Notes: generated by a model from the sequence alone, not told the origin. Shown: positions 20,891-30,990, numbered from the stretch's first letter. The stretch is DNA of 64,000 bases from a bacterium (GCA_029559475.1 JAKQBN010000061.1:3488-67487); one strand, 5' to 3'. Program-made: numbers and translations.

Positions 20891-21199
20891 TTATGAGCAC
20901 TCGTTCACATCTTTCAGCTTGAGTGAAAAGCCCGATCCATAAAACCTTTTTTCGTTATAATCGAGAGTAGCACCGCCGTATCTTTTTAAAAACTCCACGC
21001 TTCTCGGATCTACCAAAAATTCGATTTCTGAAATCTTAAGCACGTTATCTTCCGCGCCTTTGTTATCCAAAGCTATACCTAGCCTCGGTCCGCCTCATCC
21101 GATACCGTCAAAATAAACTCTTACGAACTGGTTTTTATTTTCCGGTTTCTCCAGAACTTCTTTCACTTTTACCGCCGCAGTATCTGTTACTATAAGCAT
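20891..21199 (-). CDS. HesB/IscA-like Fe-S accessory selenoprotein (Sec35)
   Basis: Manual translation MLIVTDTAAVKVKEVL...VRVYFDGIG-U-GGPRLGIALD...FLVD...GATLDY...GSGFSL...ECS*; GAGGTG RBS; in-frame TGA at 21097-21095; 102 aa; absent from ORF track. Confidence 0.88.
21067..21088 (-). promoter_or_regulatory. Candidate bacterial SECIS element
   Basis: CCGAGGCUA-GGUA-UAGCUUUGG, 9-bp stem with G-containing loop, starting 6 nt after the UGA. Confidence 0.65.
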
Positions 21200-21268
21200 T
21201 TCCACCTCAGGGATTTTTTAATTTTACTAAATATAGTATCTTCTATATATCATAGTTGATGATTTTAA

Positions 21269-22543
21269 TCAGATTTTTTCAAATATTTCAACGGGATTTT
21301 CTACTAGAAGCACTTTGTATCCTGTTTTTTCGCTCAGATCATCGGGAGTGATATCGTCTAAGAACTTTCCGTCGTAATTCAATATTGTTGAAGGGATGAG
21401 AAGCAGATCATCTCCGGATTTTGCTTTCCCCACAGATTTTATAATATCTTTCCCTCCCAAAAGCCCCGCTACAGTAACGCTACGACCGAAAAGCATATTC
21501 TCAGCTTTGATAAGTCTGACACTCAGATTTTTTACTTTTTTTAATTCAGGCATAACTATTCTATTCATTATTTCATAAAACAGCTCTCCTGTTACGATCG
21601 TAACAGATGCCTTTTTATTGATCTTCTCAGGGATCGCATCGACCGATTCAAGAAATCTTTCTATAAAATTCCTTGCCGGTCCCACTCCGTCCTCGTACTG
21701 AAGATAATCCTCGTAAAACTCCTCTTCAGGAAGTTCAATTCCTGATGTTATAAAAAATTCATCCGCCGGGAACACGAAGCCGGTACCGGTTTCTTTTTTA
21801 TACTTCTTATTAAGTTTGAAGATAAGCTTTACCGTTTCTGCTGCTATCTCCTTTGTTACAGGCTCTATTTTTGGAAGGTTCTTTCTAAAAGACGTGAGGC
21901 CTACCGGAACAACGGCCACCGATCTGACCATCGGATAAAACCCGCGCATTACCCGAATTGTATCTTCAAGTATCTTTCCGTCATTATATCCGGGACACAT
22001 AACGATCTGGGTATGAAGTTCTATACCGTTATCCGTCAGATACTTCATTTTTTCTAAAAGTTTATCGTCTTTCTTTATGCCGAGAAGTTTTTTTCTGACG
22101 TCGTCGTTCACTGAATGTACCGAAATATATAAAGGACTCAGCTTCATTTTAACAATTCTGTCGAGCTCTTTCGGCGTAATAGTTGTCAGCGTGAAATAAT
22201 TACCGTAAAGGAATGAGAATCTATAGTCCTCATCTTTAACATAAATTGTTTTGCGCATTCCTTTCGGGTTCTGACTTATGAAACAGAAAATGCAGTTGTT
22301 ACCACAATGCCTGATCTTTAGATCTTCTACTTCTATACCGTTGTTGCCGGCGGTTTCGAAAGCTGCTTTATAAGCCCCCGCCTTTCCCTCAACAACAAAT
22401 GACAGTGGTTCGTCCGCACAGTAATAATTAAAATCAATGGCGTCTTCGATCTGTTTGCCGTTAACAGATATCAGGCTGTCGCCTTTTCTGATACCCGCCT
22501 TATAGGAAGGCGAGTTTTTTTCGACCGATACGATTTTTACCAT
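21269..22543 (-). CDS. PDZ + radical-SAM-like DUF512 Fe-S oxidoreductase
   Basis: N-terminal PDZ, CGNNCIFC, YVKDEDYRFSFLYGN, VVPVGLT, DEFF, QYEDGVG. Confidence 0.9.
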   Translation of the reverse strand: MVKIVSVEKNSPSYKAGIRKGDSLISVNGKQIEDAIDFNYYCADEPLSFVVEGKAGAYKAAFETAGNNGIEVEDLKIRHCGNNCIFCFISQNPKGMRKTIYVKDEDYRFSFLYGNYFTLTTITPKELDRIVKMKLSPLYISVHSVNDDVRKKLLGIKKDDKLLEKMKYLTDNGIELHTQIVMCPGYNDGKILEDTIRVMRGFYPMVRSVAVVPVGLTSFRKNLPKIEPVTKEIAAETVKLIFKLNKKYKKETGTGFVFPADEFFITSGIELPEEEFYEDYLQYEDGVGPARNFIERFLESVDAIPEKINKKASVTIVTGELFYEIMNRIVMPELKKVKNLSVRLIKAENMLFGRSVTVAGLLGGKDIIKSVGKAKSGDDLLLIPSTILNYDGKFLDDITPDDLSEKTGYKVLLVENPVEIFEKI

Positions 22544-22549
22544 TAAACC

Positions 22550-25384
22550 CTACTTGAAATATTTCGTAAAGGGTGTTTTCCAGCAGTTCTCGATCTGGAC
22601 CATGTCGATATCAATTATCTTTCCTTTGAAATCATAGACTACTGCCGAGTATTTGGAAGTTGTAGTACCTATCTGTACGGCAAGTCCGGTTTCTACAAGC
22701 TCTTCGGCAGATTCGAGATCTTTCATTTCGACAACGAAAGCTGCAGGTACTTCCGCGAACAGGGTCTTAACCTTATCGTTCACGTGAATATTGAAACCTT
22801 TTTTCCCTCCGATCGCCATTTCAGCCAGAGTTATAAGAGCTCCCCCTTCGCTAACGTCCGAAGCGGAAAGAATACTGCCGTTCTGTATGTTATTGTACAT
22901 GAGTTCATAAACATCTTTCGCTGTCTGCATTTTTATTTCGGGAACCCGGGTTCCGAGTTGTCCCAGCCTGTCGAAGAATATCGATCCTCCGAGATGTGCT
23001 GCACTGTAATCGCCGATAAGGAGGATAGGAGAACCTGATCTTTTGAGATCGGGCGAAACAGTCTTTCTCCAGTCATCAGTGACCGCTCTTGCAGAAACGC
23101 ATACAACCGGCGGAATTTCTATAGTAACATCTTTCGATTTGTAGGTTGATGAAAGCGAATCTTTACCTGAAATGATAGGAGTTCCAAAGAATTTGCAGGC
23201 CTCACTCAATGCTACGGCCGTCTGGTACAGGTCGGCAAGATTCGTTTCTGTCGGTTTCGGCCAGATGTGATTCTCTATCAAAAATATTCTTTTCGGGTCT
23301 CCGCCTAATGCTATCACGTTGCTCATAGCTTCATAATATGCCCAAAGAGTTCCTTTATACGGATCGATCCTATTCAGGACGGGATTTAACCCGTGCCCGA
23401 AAATAAGAGCCGCGTCAGAATTCTTTAAAGGTTTCAGGATGCAACCGCCGGTCGGACCGTCGTTCTTCTTTCCGCATAAAGGACCTTCCACGCATGTTCC
23501 CTGCACTCCGTGGTCGTACTGTCGGATCACGGGCTCTTTTGAACAGACATTGAGATGGGAAATTATATCTTTAAAAGCTTCTGTATAATTTATCTCTTCT
23601 TCATAATATTCGCCGTCTTCAAGCCCTGTCTTCGGCTTTGTTGTAGCGGTAATTGTCTCAAGAGGCTGGCCGTCGTGCAGGAACTCCATGTCGAGATCAC
23701 AGACGAGTTCGCCGCCGTCGTAAATGGTCAGCTTTTTTGTGTTCGTCGCCTCGCCGAGCACGAAGAATCCCACGTTATATTTTGCGCACACTTTTTTGAT
23801 CATGTCAAGCTTTTCTTTCGGAACGGCGGCTACCATTCTTTCTTGCGATTCTGATATCCACTTTTCGAATGATGAAAGTCCGGGATATTTTAACGGGATA
23901 TTGTCCAGATGAACAACTGCGCCTGTCTTCTCTCCCATTTCTCCGACCGCTGATGAATATCCGCCCGCGCCGCAGTCTGTGAGCGCGGTGAATACATCCA
24001 TATCGCGGAGTTCTAAAAGGCAGTCGAACATCCTTTTTTCTTCTATCGGATTACCGATCTGAACCGCACCGCTGTTCAGTGACGATGTCTTTTCCGTCAT
24101 TTCGGCTGACGAGAAAGTCGCGCCGTGAATACCGTCCTTGCCTGTTTTTCCTCCGAAGGAAACAAAAAGGTCGCCTTTTCCACATTTACCCTTTTTGGCA
24201 TACTTTATCGGAATTATTCCGTCCGCGCCTACAAGCACTGTCGGTTTAGGTCCGAAATCCTTGTGAAAATGGAATGAACCGTTGTTCGTCGGTATCCCCA
24301 TCCTGTTCCCGTAATCCCTGACGCCTTCTATGACGCCTGTGAGGATCCTTCTCGGGTGAAGACAACCCGGGAACACCTCTTCCTGCTTCATGTCCGGATC
24401 GCCCAGACAGAATACGTCTATTGAAGAAATGTTTTTCGCTCCCTTGCCAGTACCGGCTATGTCCCTTAATACCCCGCCCGTTCCTGTCATTGCTCCGCCG
24501 TAAGGATCGAGCCCTGAAGGAGAATTATGGGTCTCGGCCTTGATACAGATGCCGTATTCCACCCCATCCGCTTCGGCAAATCTGAAAACGCCGGAATTAT
24601 CCTCGAATTTCGAGACCACATCAGGATGCGCGATCGCTTTTTCGGTATCTTTCACAAGCCCTATGATCGATCTTTTTTCCGCGCCGTCTAATATCACTTT
24701 CGCCTTGAAGGTCTTATGCCCGCAATGCTCCGACCATGTCTGGGCTATAGTTTCCAGCTCGACGTCGTATGCGTCCCTTCCGAGTTTTTTATAATAATTC
24801 TGAATAGTTTTCATCTCTTTAAGATTAAGGAAAAGCTTATAATCCGAAGCCTCCATCAGCTCTCTATCGGTCATTGTCCTTATAGGGATCATCTCCGTCT
24901 TTCTCGGTTTAAGGCTGACAGTAAGATCATCGGGCTTTTTTAATAGCTGCATCTGTATCTGGGCGTTCATTAATGACCTGTCCCTGATCGTCTCAAGCTG
25001 AGCAGCACTTAGATCATCTTTAAAGTAATAAGTATATGATATCATCACCGCTTCATGAGCTATCTTTTTATCTTTAAGCTCCTCCGATATTGTTTCCGCT
25101 TCGGGATTCATGACCCCCGGCTGGAACGATATTTCGATCTTCTTCGGATATTCGCTGTAGAATTCTCCGTTCACGATATATTTTTCCGTTATCGGACATG
25201 CAAGTATCTCCGACGCTATCCTTCCGGCATCTTCGGCCGGGATCCCCTGAACGTAAAAGTTCTTGACTATCTTCATGTCTTTGATCTTTATATTGAGAAA
25301 TTCCCTGATCTGATGCGATATGTGCTTTTCTTTAGGATCGCTTACAGCAGGGATCACCGAGATTTTCTGAATGTTTGCCGACAT
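22550..25384 (-). CDS. purL: Phosphoribosylformylglycinamidine synthase PurL with N-terminal PurS-like extension
   Basis: QTWSEHCGHK, ETHNSPS, DGIHGATFSS, DCGAGG, SESQERM, ISGKDSL; no glutaminase domain; ATG 25384 after GAGGT. Confidence 0.93.
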   Translation of the reverse strand: MSANIQKISVIPAVSDPKEKHISHQIREFLNIKIKDMKIVKNFYVQGIPAEDAGRIASEILACPITEKYIVNGEFYSEYPKKIEISFQPGVMNPEAETISEELKDKKIAHEAVMISYTYYFKDDLSAAQLETIRDRSLMNAQIQMQLLKKPDDLTVSLKPRKTEMIPIRTMTDRELMEASDYKLFLNLKEMKTIQNYYKKLGRDAYDVELETIAQTWSEHCGHKTFKAKVILDGAEKRSIIGLVKDTEKAIAHPDVVSKFEDNSGVFRFAEADGVEYGICIKAETHNSPSGLDPYGGAMTGTGGVLRDIAGTGKGAKNISSIDVFCLGDPDMKQEEVFPGCLHPRRILTGVIEGVRDYGNRMGIPTNNGSFHFHKDFGPKPTVLVGADGIIPIKYAKKGKCGKGDLFVSFGGKTGKDGIHGATFSSAEMTEKTSSLNSGAVQIGNPIEEKRMFDCLLELRDMDVFTALTDCGAGGYSSAVGEMGEKTGAVVHLDNIPLKYPGLSSFEKWISESQERMVAAVPKEKLDMIKKVCAKYNVGFFVLGEATNTKKLTIYDGGELVCDLDMEFLHDGQPLETITATTKPKTGLEDGEYYEEEINYTEAFKDIISHLNVCSKEPVIRQYDHGVQGTCVEGPLCGKKNDGPTGGCILKPLKNSDAALIFGHGLNPVLNRIDPYKGTLWAYYEAMSNVIALGGDPKRIFLIENHIWPKPTETNLADLYQTAVALSEACKFFGTPIISGKDSLSSTYKSKDVTIEIPPVVCVSARAVTDDWRKTVSPDLKRSGSPILLIGDYSAAHLGGSIFFDRLGQLGTRVPEIKMQTAKDVYELMYNNIQNGSILSASDVSEGGALITLAEMAIGGKKGFNIHVNDKVKTLFAEVPAAFVVEMKDLESAEELVETGLAVQIGTTTSKYSAVVYDFKGKIIDIDMVQIENCWKTPFTKYFK

Positions 25385-25553
25385 TATGACCTCACATAAA
25401 AAATAAGCCCTAAATATACTGTTTTGCCGGATTCTTTGCAAGTTTATAAATAATTAAAAAATACCTTATTATTAATTATAATAATTTCTGTTGACACGGA
25501 TTTTAACATACTTTATATTTTCTTCCTGTTTAATTAAATCTGCAGGGATGCAA

Positions 25554-26501
25554 ATGTACAACAAAAGGGTCGTGATCGCGATCGGGGGCAACTCACTCAC
25601 TCCGACGGACAATTCCAACTGGATAGGTTCCCAGTTCAAGAACACAAGAACAAGCATTGAATCGCTTATTCCGCTTGTAGAAAAAGGATATTCTGTAACC
25701 ATTACTCACGGGAACGGACCGCAGGTCGGCGTAGCTTTAAGAAGGGTCGAAGAGACCAGGGATAAACTTCCCGATATCCCTCTGGGCGTTCTTGTAGCGG
25801 ATACTGAGGGAAGCATGGGCTATATGATCGAACAGTCGCTTCAGAATAAATTATTCGATAAAGGGCTGAAGATCCCTGTTGCTACGATACTGACCCAGGT
25901 TCTCGTGGACCAGAACGATCCGGCGCTCACCAATCCTACTAAATATATCGGCAGCTTCTATACGGAAGAGGAAGCTAAAAAACTTGCCGCTGTGAACGGC
26001 TGGATCGTAAAACAGGACGCTGACAGAGGCTGGAGAAGGGTCGTAGGCTCTCCGAAACCTATAGACATTGTAAACAAAAATATAATAAAACAGCTGCTGG
26101 ATCAGAAAAATATTGTTATAGCTGCAGGCGGAGGCGGAATACCTGTATATCTTGACGAGAAAAAGCATTTTGAAGGCGTGGATGCGGTTATCGACAAAGA
26201 TATGGCGAGCGCTCTACTCGCAAATGAGATCGGAGCTGACGAACTTTTTATTATGACGGCTGTAAGCAAGGTTTCTCTCAATTTTAAGAAACCGGACCAG
26301 GTCGATCTTGATGTAATGACACTGTCCGAAGCTGATAAATATCTGAACGAGGGACATTTCCCCTATGGAAGCATGGGTCCGAAAATGAAGTCGGCCATTA
26401 TGTTTTTAAGGAACGGCGGAAAAAGAGTGATCATTACCGCTATCGATAATCTTATGGACGCTATTGAAGGTAAAGACGGCACAAGCATTGTGCAGGATTA
26501 A
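25554..26501 (+). CDS. arcC: Carbamate kinase
   Basis: VIAIGGNS, THGNGPQVG, NPTKYIG, GWRRVV, GGGGIPV, AVIDKD, GSMGPK. Confidence 0.96.
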   Translation: MYNKRVVIAIGGNSLTPTDNSNWIGSQFKNTRTSIESLIPLVEKGYSVTITHGNGPQVGVALRRVEETRDKLPDIPLGVLVADTEGSMGYMIEQSLQNKLFDKGLKIPVATILTQVLVDQNDPALTNPTKYIGSFYTEEEAKKLAAVNGWIVKQDADRGWRRVVGSPKPIDIVNKNIIKQLLDQKNIVIAAGGGGIPVYLDEKKHFEGVDAVIDKDMASALLANEIGADELFIMTAVSKVSLNFKKPDQVDLDVMTLSEADKYLNEGHFPYGSMGPKMKSAIMFLRNGGKRVIITAIDNLMDAIEGKDGTSIVQD

Positions 26502-26530
26502 CATAAATAAAACTCAGGATGGAAATCACA

Positions 26531-26806
26531 ATGAGTGAAAAAATCAATATCCCGGATCACTACAGAAGATGGGAAGCCGATATAAAGATCGGTAAAAAAG
26601 ACGACCATGTTACGATCGGCTACTGGAGAGACGGCTGTAAAGGTTGTGGAATATGCGTAGACGTATGCCCCAAAAAAGTTTGGGAAATAATCGAAGCGAA
26701 AGACAAGTGGAACGGACAGGTGGTTCAGGTGACTGACGCATCCAAATGCATCAAATGCATGCTTTGCGAGATACACTGCCCGGATTTCTGCATAAAGATC
26801 TATTAA
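26531..26806 (+). CDS. korD: 2x[4Fe-4S] ferredoxin, 2-oxoacid:ferredoxin oxidoreductase delta subunit
   Basis: CKGCGICVDVCP and CIKCMLCEIHCPD; first gene of kor cluster. Confidence 0.88.
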   Translation: MSEKINIPDHYRRWEADIKIGKKDDHVTIGYWRDGCKGCGICVDVCPKKVWEIIEAKDKWNGQVVQVTDASKCIKCMLCEIHCPDFCIKIY

Positions 26807-26827
26807 AAAATTAAAAGAGGTATAACC

Positions 26828-27961
26828 TTGAAGAAATCAGTACGATTCTACTCCGGAGCGGAACTTGTGGCGATAGCGGCTGTTGATGCCGGCTGCAGGT
26901 TTTTCGGAGGTTATCCTATTACTCCTTCCTCAGAGATAGCTGAAACCATGTCTCTAATGCTGCCTAAGGTCGGAGGAACATACATACAAATGGAGGACGA
27001 AATAGCCGCTATGGGTTCGATTATCGGAGCTTCTCTAGCCGGCGAAAAGGTCCTGACTGCTACCAGCGGTCCCGGATTTTCTCTTAAGCAGGAAAATATC
27101 GGATATGCCTATATGGCTGAAGTTCCATGCGTAATTTGCAATGTTATGCGCGGAGGCCCGTCAACTGGTCTTCCTACAGCTTTGGCTCAGGCTGACATTA
27201 TGCAGGCTAAATGGGGAACCCACGGAGATCATCCCGTAATAGCTTTAACTCCCGCCTATCTTGAAGAAATTTATGAGCTCACTATTAAGGCTTTCAACTT
27301 TGCTGAAATTTACAGAATGCCTATAATGCTGCTTCTCGATGAAGTAATTGCTCACCTGAGTGCTGCGATTGAGCTTCCGGACAAAGAGCGTCTTGTTATC
27401 AAGAACAGAAGAAGACCGACCGTGCCTCCGGAAAAATATTATCCCTACGATACTGCCTACGGAGATGTACCCCCGATGGCTAATTTCTTTGAAGGTTACA
27501 GATTTCATGTAACAGGTTTAAGCCACGATAAGACAGGATTCCCTACTACCGACCCTGAAATTGTACAGGCTGACCAGGAAAGGCACTTGAGAAAGGTGAA
27601 CAGCAAAAAAAGCGAGATCGTTGATTATGAGTATTATAAAATGAAAGATGCTGACATAGTGATCTTCGCCTATGGCTCGACGGCCAGAGCCGCAAGAGTA
27701 GCTGTTGACAATGCCCGCAGTCTCGGAATTAATGTCGGAATGATGAGACTCAGAGTTATATGGCCTCTCCCTGATGCCGAAATATTAAAACTTTGCAGTA
27801 AATCAAAAGCCATAATCATTCCAGAAATGAACATGGGACAATTAAGCGAAGTTATCGAAAGATATGCTGCTGACAGAACTAAAATAATGAGAATAAATCA
27901 TGTAGGCGGGGTTCCGATCCACCCGACAGATATACTCAATGTAATAAAGGAGGCGTTATAA
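26828..27961 (+). CDS. korA: 2-oxoacid:ferredoxin oxidoreductase alpha subunit
   Basis: GYPITPSSE, QMEDEIAA, TATSGPGFSLKQE, RGGPSTGLPT. Confidence 0.93.
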   Translation: MKKSVRFYSGAELVAIAAVDAGCRFFGGYPITPSSEIAETMSLMLPKVGGTYIQMEDEIAAMGSIIGASLAGEKVLTATSGPGFSLKQENIGYAYMAEVPCVICNVMRGGPSTGLPTALAQADIMQAKWGTHGDHPVIALTPAYLEEIYELTIKAFNFAEIYRMPIMLLLDEVIAHLSAAIELPDKERLVIKNRRRPTVPPEKYYPYDTAYGDVPPMANFFEGYRFHVTGLSHDKTGFPTTDPEIVQADQERHLRKVNSKKSEIVDYEYYKMKDADIVIFAYGSTARAARVAVDNARSLGINVGMMRLRVIWPLPDAEILKLCSKSKAIIIPEMNMGQLSEVIERYAADRTKIMRINHVGGVPIHPTDILNVIKEAL

Positions 27962-28815
27962 TGGCTTTCGAATATGAAAAATATCTTAGAATGGATAAAA
28001 TACCTCACCTCTGGTGCCCTGGATGCGGGATCGGAGTGGTACTGAAAGCGATGCTGAGAGCCGTTGAGAATATGGGGTGGAACAAGGATGATGTAGCTTT
28101 CGTTTCAGGCATTGGATGTACAAGTAGAGCGCCCGGATACATTGACTGTAACACTCTCCATACTACACACGGAAGAGCTCTTGCTTTCGCAACGGGTATA
28201 AAGCTTGCAAGACCGGCAAAACATGTCGTCATATTCTCAGGCGACGGCGATGCGACAGCTATCGGCGGAAACCACTTTATTCACGCCTGCAGACGAAATA
28301 TTAATATGACGCTCGTCGTCGTTAACAACAACACCTATGGTATGACCGGCGGACAGCATTCCCCGACAACTCCGATAGGCTATAAGACCAGCACTACCGT
28401 TTACGGAAATATCGACCCTACATTCGATATCTGTATGCTGGCGAGAGGAGCCGGAGCATCTTATGTGGCGAGAGCTACTGTGAACAAAGGCAAACAGCTT
28501 GAAAAATATATTACAAAAGGTTTCGAACATAACGGATTTTCTGTTATCGTCGCAACCGCAAACTGCCATACCCAGTTCGGCAGAAAGAACAAGATGGGAG
28601 ATCCGATCTCCGCAAGAAAATGGATAGCCGACAGAGAAATCCCGCTGGAAAAAGCGAGAGAAATGAAGGCTGAAGAGCTCAAAGACAGGGTAATTACCGG
28701 CGAGTTCATTACAGAAGAACCTGAAAAAACAAGATGGGACAACTACAACCACCCCGTACATGAATACACCGAAGCTTATCAAACGATCCGGGATAAAGCT
28801 CAGGAAAAAAAATAA
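27961..28815 (+). CDS. korB: 2-oxoacid:ferredoxin oxidoreductase beta subunit
   Basis: WCPGCG, SGIGC, HGRA, GDGD...GGNHFIH, YGMTGGQ. Confidence 0.93.
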   Translation: MAFEYEKYLRMDKIPHLWCPGCGIGVVLKAMLRAVENMGWNKDDVAFVSGIGCTSRAPGYIDCNTLHTTHGRALAFATGIKLARPAKHVVIFSGDGDATAIGGNHFIHACRRNINMTLVVVNNNTYGMTGGQHSPTTPIGYKTSTTVYGNIDPTFDICMLARGAGASYVARATVNKGKQLEKYITKGFEHNGFSVIVATANCHTQFGRKNKMGDPISARKWIADREIPLEKAREMKAEELKDRVITGEFITEEPEKTRWDNYNHPVHEYTEAYQTIRDKAQEKK

Positions 28816-28833
28816 CAACGACGGAGACATAAT

Positions 28834-29439
28834 ATGAAAACAGAACATTATGAAGCCCGGTTTGCGGGAGTTGGAGGACAGGGCGTTATCCTTGCGGGAA
28901 AAATACTGGCTTACGGTATGGTAAGTTTTGAGGAATGCAAGGCTATTGAAACACCTACATATACCGCTCAAGTAAGAGGCGGAGCCACGAAAGTTGATGT
29001 CGTAATCGATAAAAAGCATATTGAATATCCCAGATCAGAAAATCTCGATTTTTTTCTCTCGCTCCATCAGAAATCCTTCAATATATATTATAAGGAAATA
29101 AAAAAGGATGCGATAGTCGTCGTAGATCCGAACCTTACGCCTAAAGTTCCATCAGAAATACCGCAGAAGCTTGTCGTCGTGGATCTTGTTGAGATAGCTA
29201 AGAAGACAATGGGTAAAACCCTTTACTCTGCAGTCATCGCTGTAGGACTTTTCGCGGGAATGACCGGGATAATATCTGACAGCCATATACAGCAGGCAGT
29301 TCTTGATAATGCGCCGAAAGGGACCGAGATAGATAACCTGAAGGCTGTCAAGATCGGTCTTGAGCTCGGGAAAAAAGCACTTGCATCGAAAGAGCATGTC
29401 GTCAGGCTCACGATAGAAGACGCGAAAATCACGGAATAA
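28834..29439 (+). CDS. korC: 2-oxoacid:ferredoxin oxidoreductase gamma subunit
   Basis: GVGGQGVILAG, YTAQVRGG. Confidence 0.92.
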   Translation: MKTEHYEARFAGVGGQGVILAGKILAYGMVSFEECKAIETPTYTAQVRGGATKVDVVIDKKHIEYPRSENLDFFLSLHQKSFNIYYKEIKKDAIVVVDPNLTPKVPSEIPQKLVVVDLVEIAKKTMGKTLYSAVIAVGLFAGMTGIISDSHIQQAVLDNAPKGTEIDNLKAVKIGLELGKKALASKEHVVRLTIEDAKITE

Positions 29440-29448
29440 AATTAATTT

Positions 29449-29473
29449 AAAGCCGCTTTATGCGGCTTTTTTT
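29449..29473 (+). terminator. Intrinsic terminator after korC
   Basis: AAAGCCGC-TTTAT-GCGGCTTT followed by further T residues. Confidence 0.7.
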
Positions 29474-29486
29474 AACGGAGGATCTT

Positions 29487-29924
29487 ATGCTCGAACAAAG
29501 CCTTCTTATGGTAAAACCCCATGCTTTTACCGCAAAAAAGACTGGGACAATTATCTCTATGCTTGAAGAAAATAATTTTCAGATCGTCGGTATAAAATCC
29601 ATCAAGCTGACTCCCGAACTGGCGAGAAGATTCTACTTCGTTCATCAGGGGAAAGAGTTCTTTGAAAGGCTGATAAATTATATGAGCACAGGAACAGTCG
29701 CCGCTATCTGCGTAGAAAAAGAGAACTGCGTAGCTGACTTAAGAAAATTTATCGGCGCTACCGACCCCTCAAAAGCTGCCGAGGGCACGATCAGAAAAGC
29801 TGTCGGCGTAACTGTGGAGCAGAACGGCGTTCATGCGTCCGATTCCGTCGATAACGCAAAAAAAGAGATCAGATTTTTCTTCTCGGACATCGAACTTTAT
29901 TCTTACAGATACCTGCAGTATTAG
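29487..29924 (+). CDS. ndk: Nucleoside-diphosphate kinase
   Basis: MVKPHA, FYFVHQGKEFF, GATDP...GTIR, NGVHASDS; ATG 29487 after GGAGG. Confidence 0.96.
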   Translation: MLEQSLLMVKPHAFTAKKTGTIISMLEENNFQIVGIKSIKLTPELARRFYFVHQGKEFFERLINYMSTGTVAAICVEKENCVADLRKFIGATDPSKAAEGTIRKAVGVTVEQNGVHASDSVDNAKKEIRFFFSDIELYSYRYLQY

Positions 29925-29933
29925 AGGATAATT

Positions 29934-29999
29934 ATGTCGCAGTTCCACAGGCTGATTTATATTGACAAAATGATAAATAAAGGGTCGTTACAGCTATGA
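29934..29999 (+). other. 21-codon ORF homologous to the N-terminus of the downstream WYL protein (leader peptide or gene remnant)
   Basis: GAGG RBS; MSQFHRLIYIDKMINKGSLQL*; stop overlaps the WYL start (ATGA). Confidence 0.6.
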
Positions 30000-30964
30000 G
30001 AGAAAAAAGCAAGATCGAGAGAATAGTCTATATCGACAGAACTATTAAGCAGAAAGGTTCAATAACAAAAAAGCAGATAATGGACTGGTCCGGTGCCTGC
30101 GAATCATCAGTTAAGAACGATATAGATTTTTTAAAAAATGAACTGAACGCACCCATTTATTATTCCGGCAAGAAAAAAGGCTACGCATACAAAGAAGATG
30201 TTCCATTCGAACTCTTAACATTTTTAAGCGAAAATATGGTGATCCTTTACGCTCTTTTGAAGGAATTCTTCTCGAACAGGAATTTTATGCCTGTAATAAC
30301 TGACAAGATACTAAAAGGTCTGAAGGATGAACTGCCTTCAGAATATAAAAACATTGATGGCAAGATAAGCTTCAGACTTTCTGAAGCTGAGAATCCTGAG
30401 ATGGATAAATTCGAGATCATTTTCAACTCGATACTAAACGAGACCTGCCTTGAAATTCATTATTCTGACGCTAAAGGCGTGAGTAGTGAGAGGAGTATCG
30501 AACCGCTTCACATTTACCACTATCAGGGGAAATGGTCTGTTTTTTCTTATTGCAAGAAAGCAAGGGATTACAGGGTATTCAACCTTTCGAGAATCACTAA
30601 ACTTGAAACAACTAGTAATAAATTCAGGATTGCTAATCACCCGCAGAACGTAATTGAAAATCACCTTAACGAAGCTTTCGGAGTAGCCAGAGGAAAAGAG
30701 ATCGAACAGGCCGTGATATGGTTCTATGAGCCGACAAGCCATCATGTAACCGATCAGAAGTGGCATCCTGATCAGATAACAGATCATATCACAAGAAAAG
30801 GCAAAAACATCCTGCAGTTTACGCTTCCAGTAGCTAAATACGAGGAGCTTGTCGGAAGAGTTCTGAGGTATGCGCCTGATGCTGAAGTCAGATCGCCAAT
30901 AGATATGCGTAATATGTGGCTAGACAAAATTAAGTCCCTTTCTGAAAAGTATCTGAAAAAATAA
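29996..30964 (+). CDS. wHTH-WYL-WCX transcriptional regulator
   Basis: N-terminal HTH (SVKNDIDFLK), ERSIEPLHIYHYQGKWSVFSYC...RVFNLSRI, WHPDQ, AEVRSP. Confidence 0.92.
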   Translation: MREKSKIERIVYIDRTIKQKGSITKKQIMDWSGACESSVKNDIDFLKNELNAPIYYSGKKKGYAYKEDVPFELLTFLSENMVILYALLKEFFSNRNFMPVITDKILKGLKDELPSEYKNIDGKISFRLSEAENPEMDKFEIIFNSILNETCLEIHYSDAKGVSSERSIEPLHIYHYQGKWSVFSYCKKARDYRVFNLSRITKLETTSNKFRIANHPQNVIENHLNEAFGVARGKEIEQAVIWFYEPTSHHVTDQKWHPDQITDHITRKGKNILQFTLPVAKYEELVGRVLRYAPDAEVRSPIDMRNMWLDKIKSLSEKYLKK

Positions 30965-30990
30965 AGCCTAACTTAATATTTACATAATAA

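Noticed and set aside
28237..29019. 260-aa antisense ORF, and similar shadow ORFs (6893-7549, 46014-46520, 60510-61058, 62896-63336)
   Set aside because: They lie opposite well-conserved genes and show the composition typical of antisense frames.
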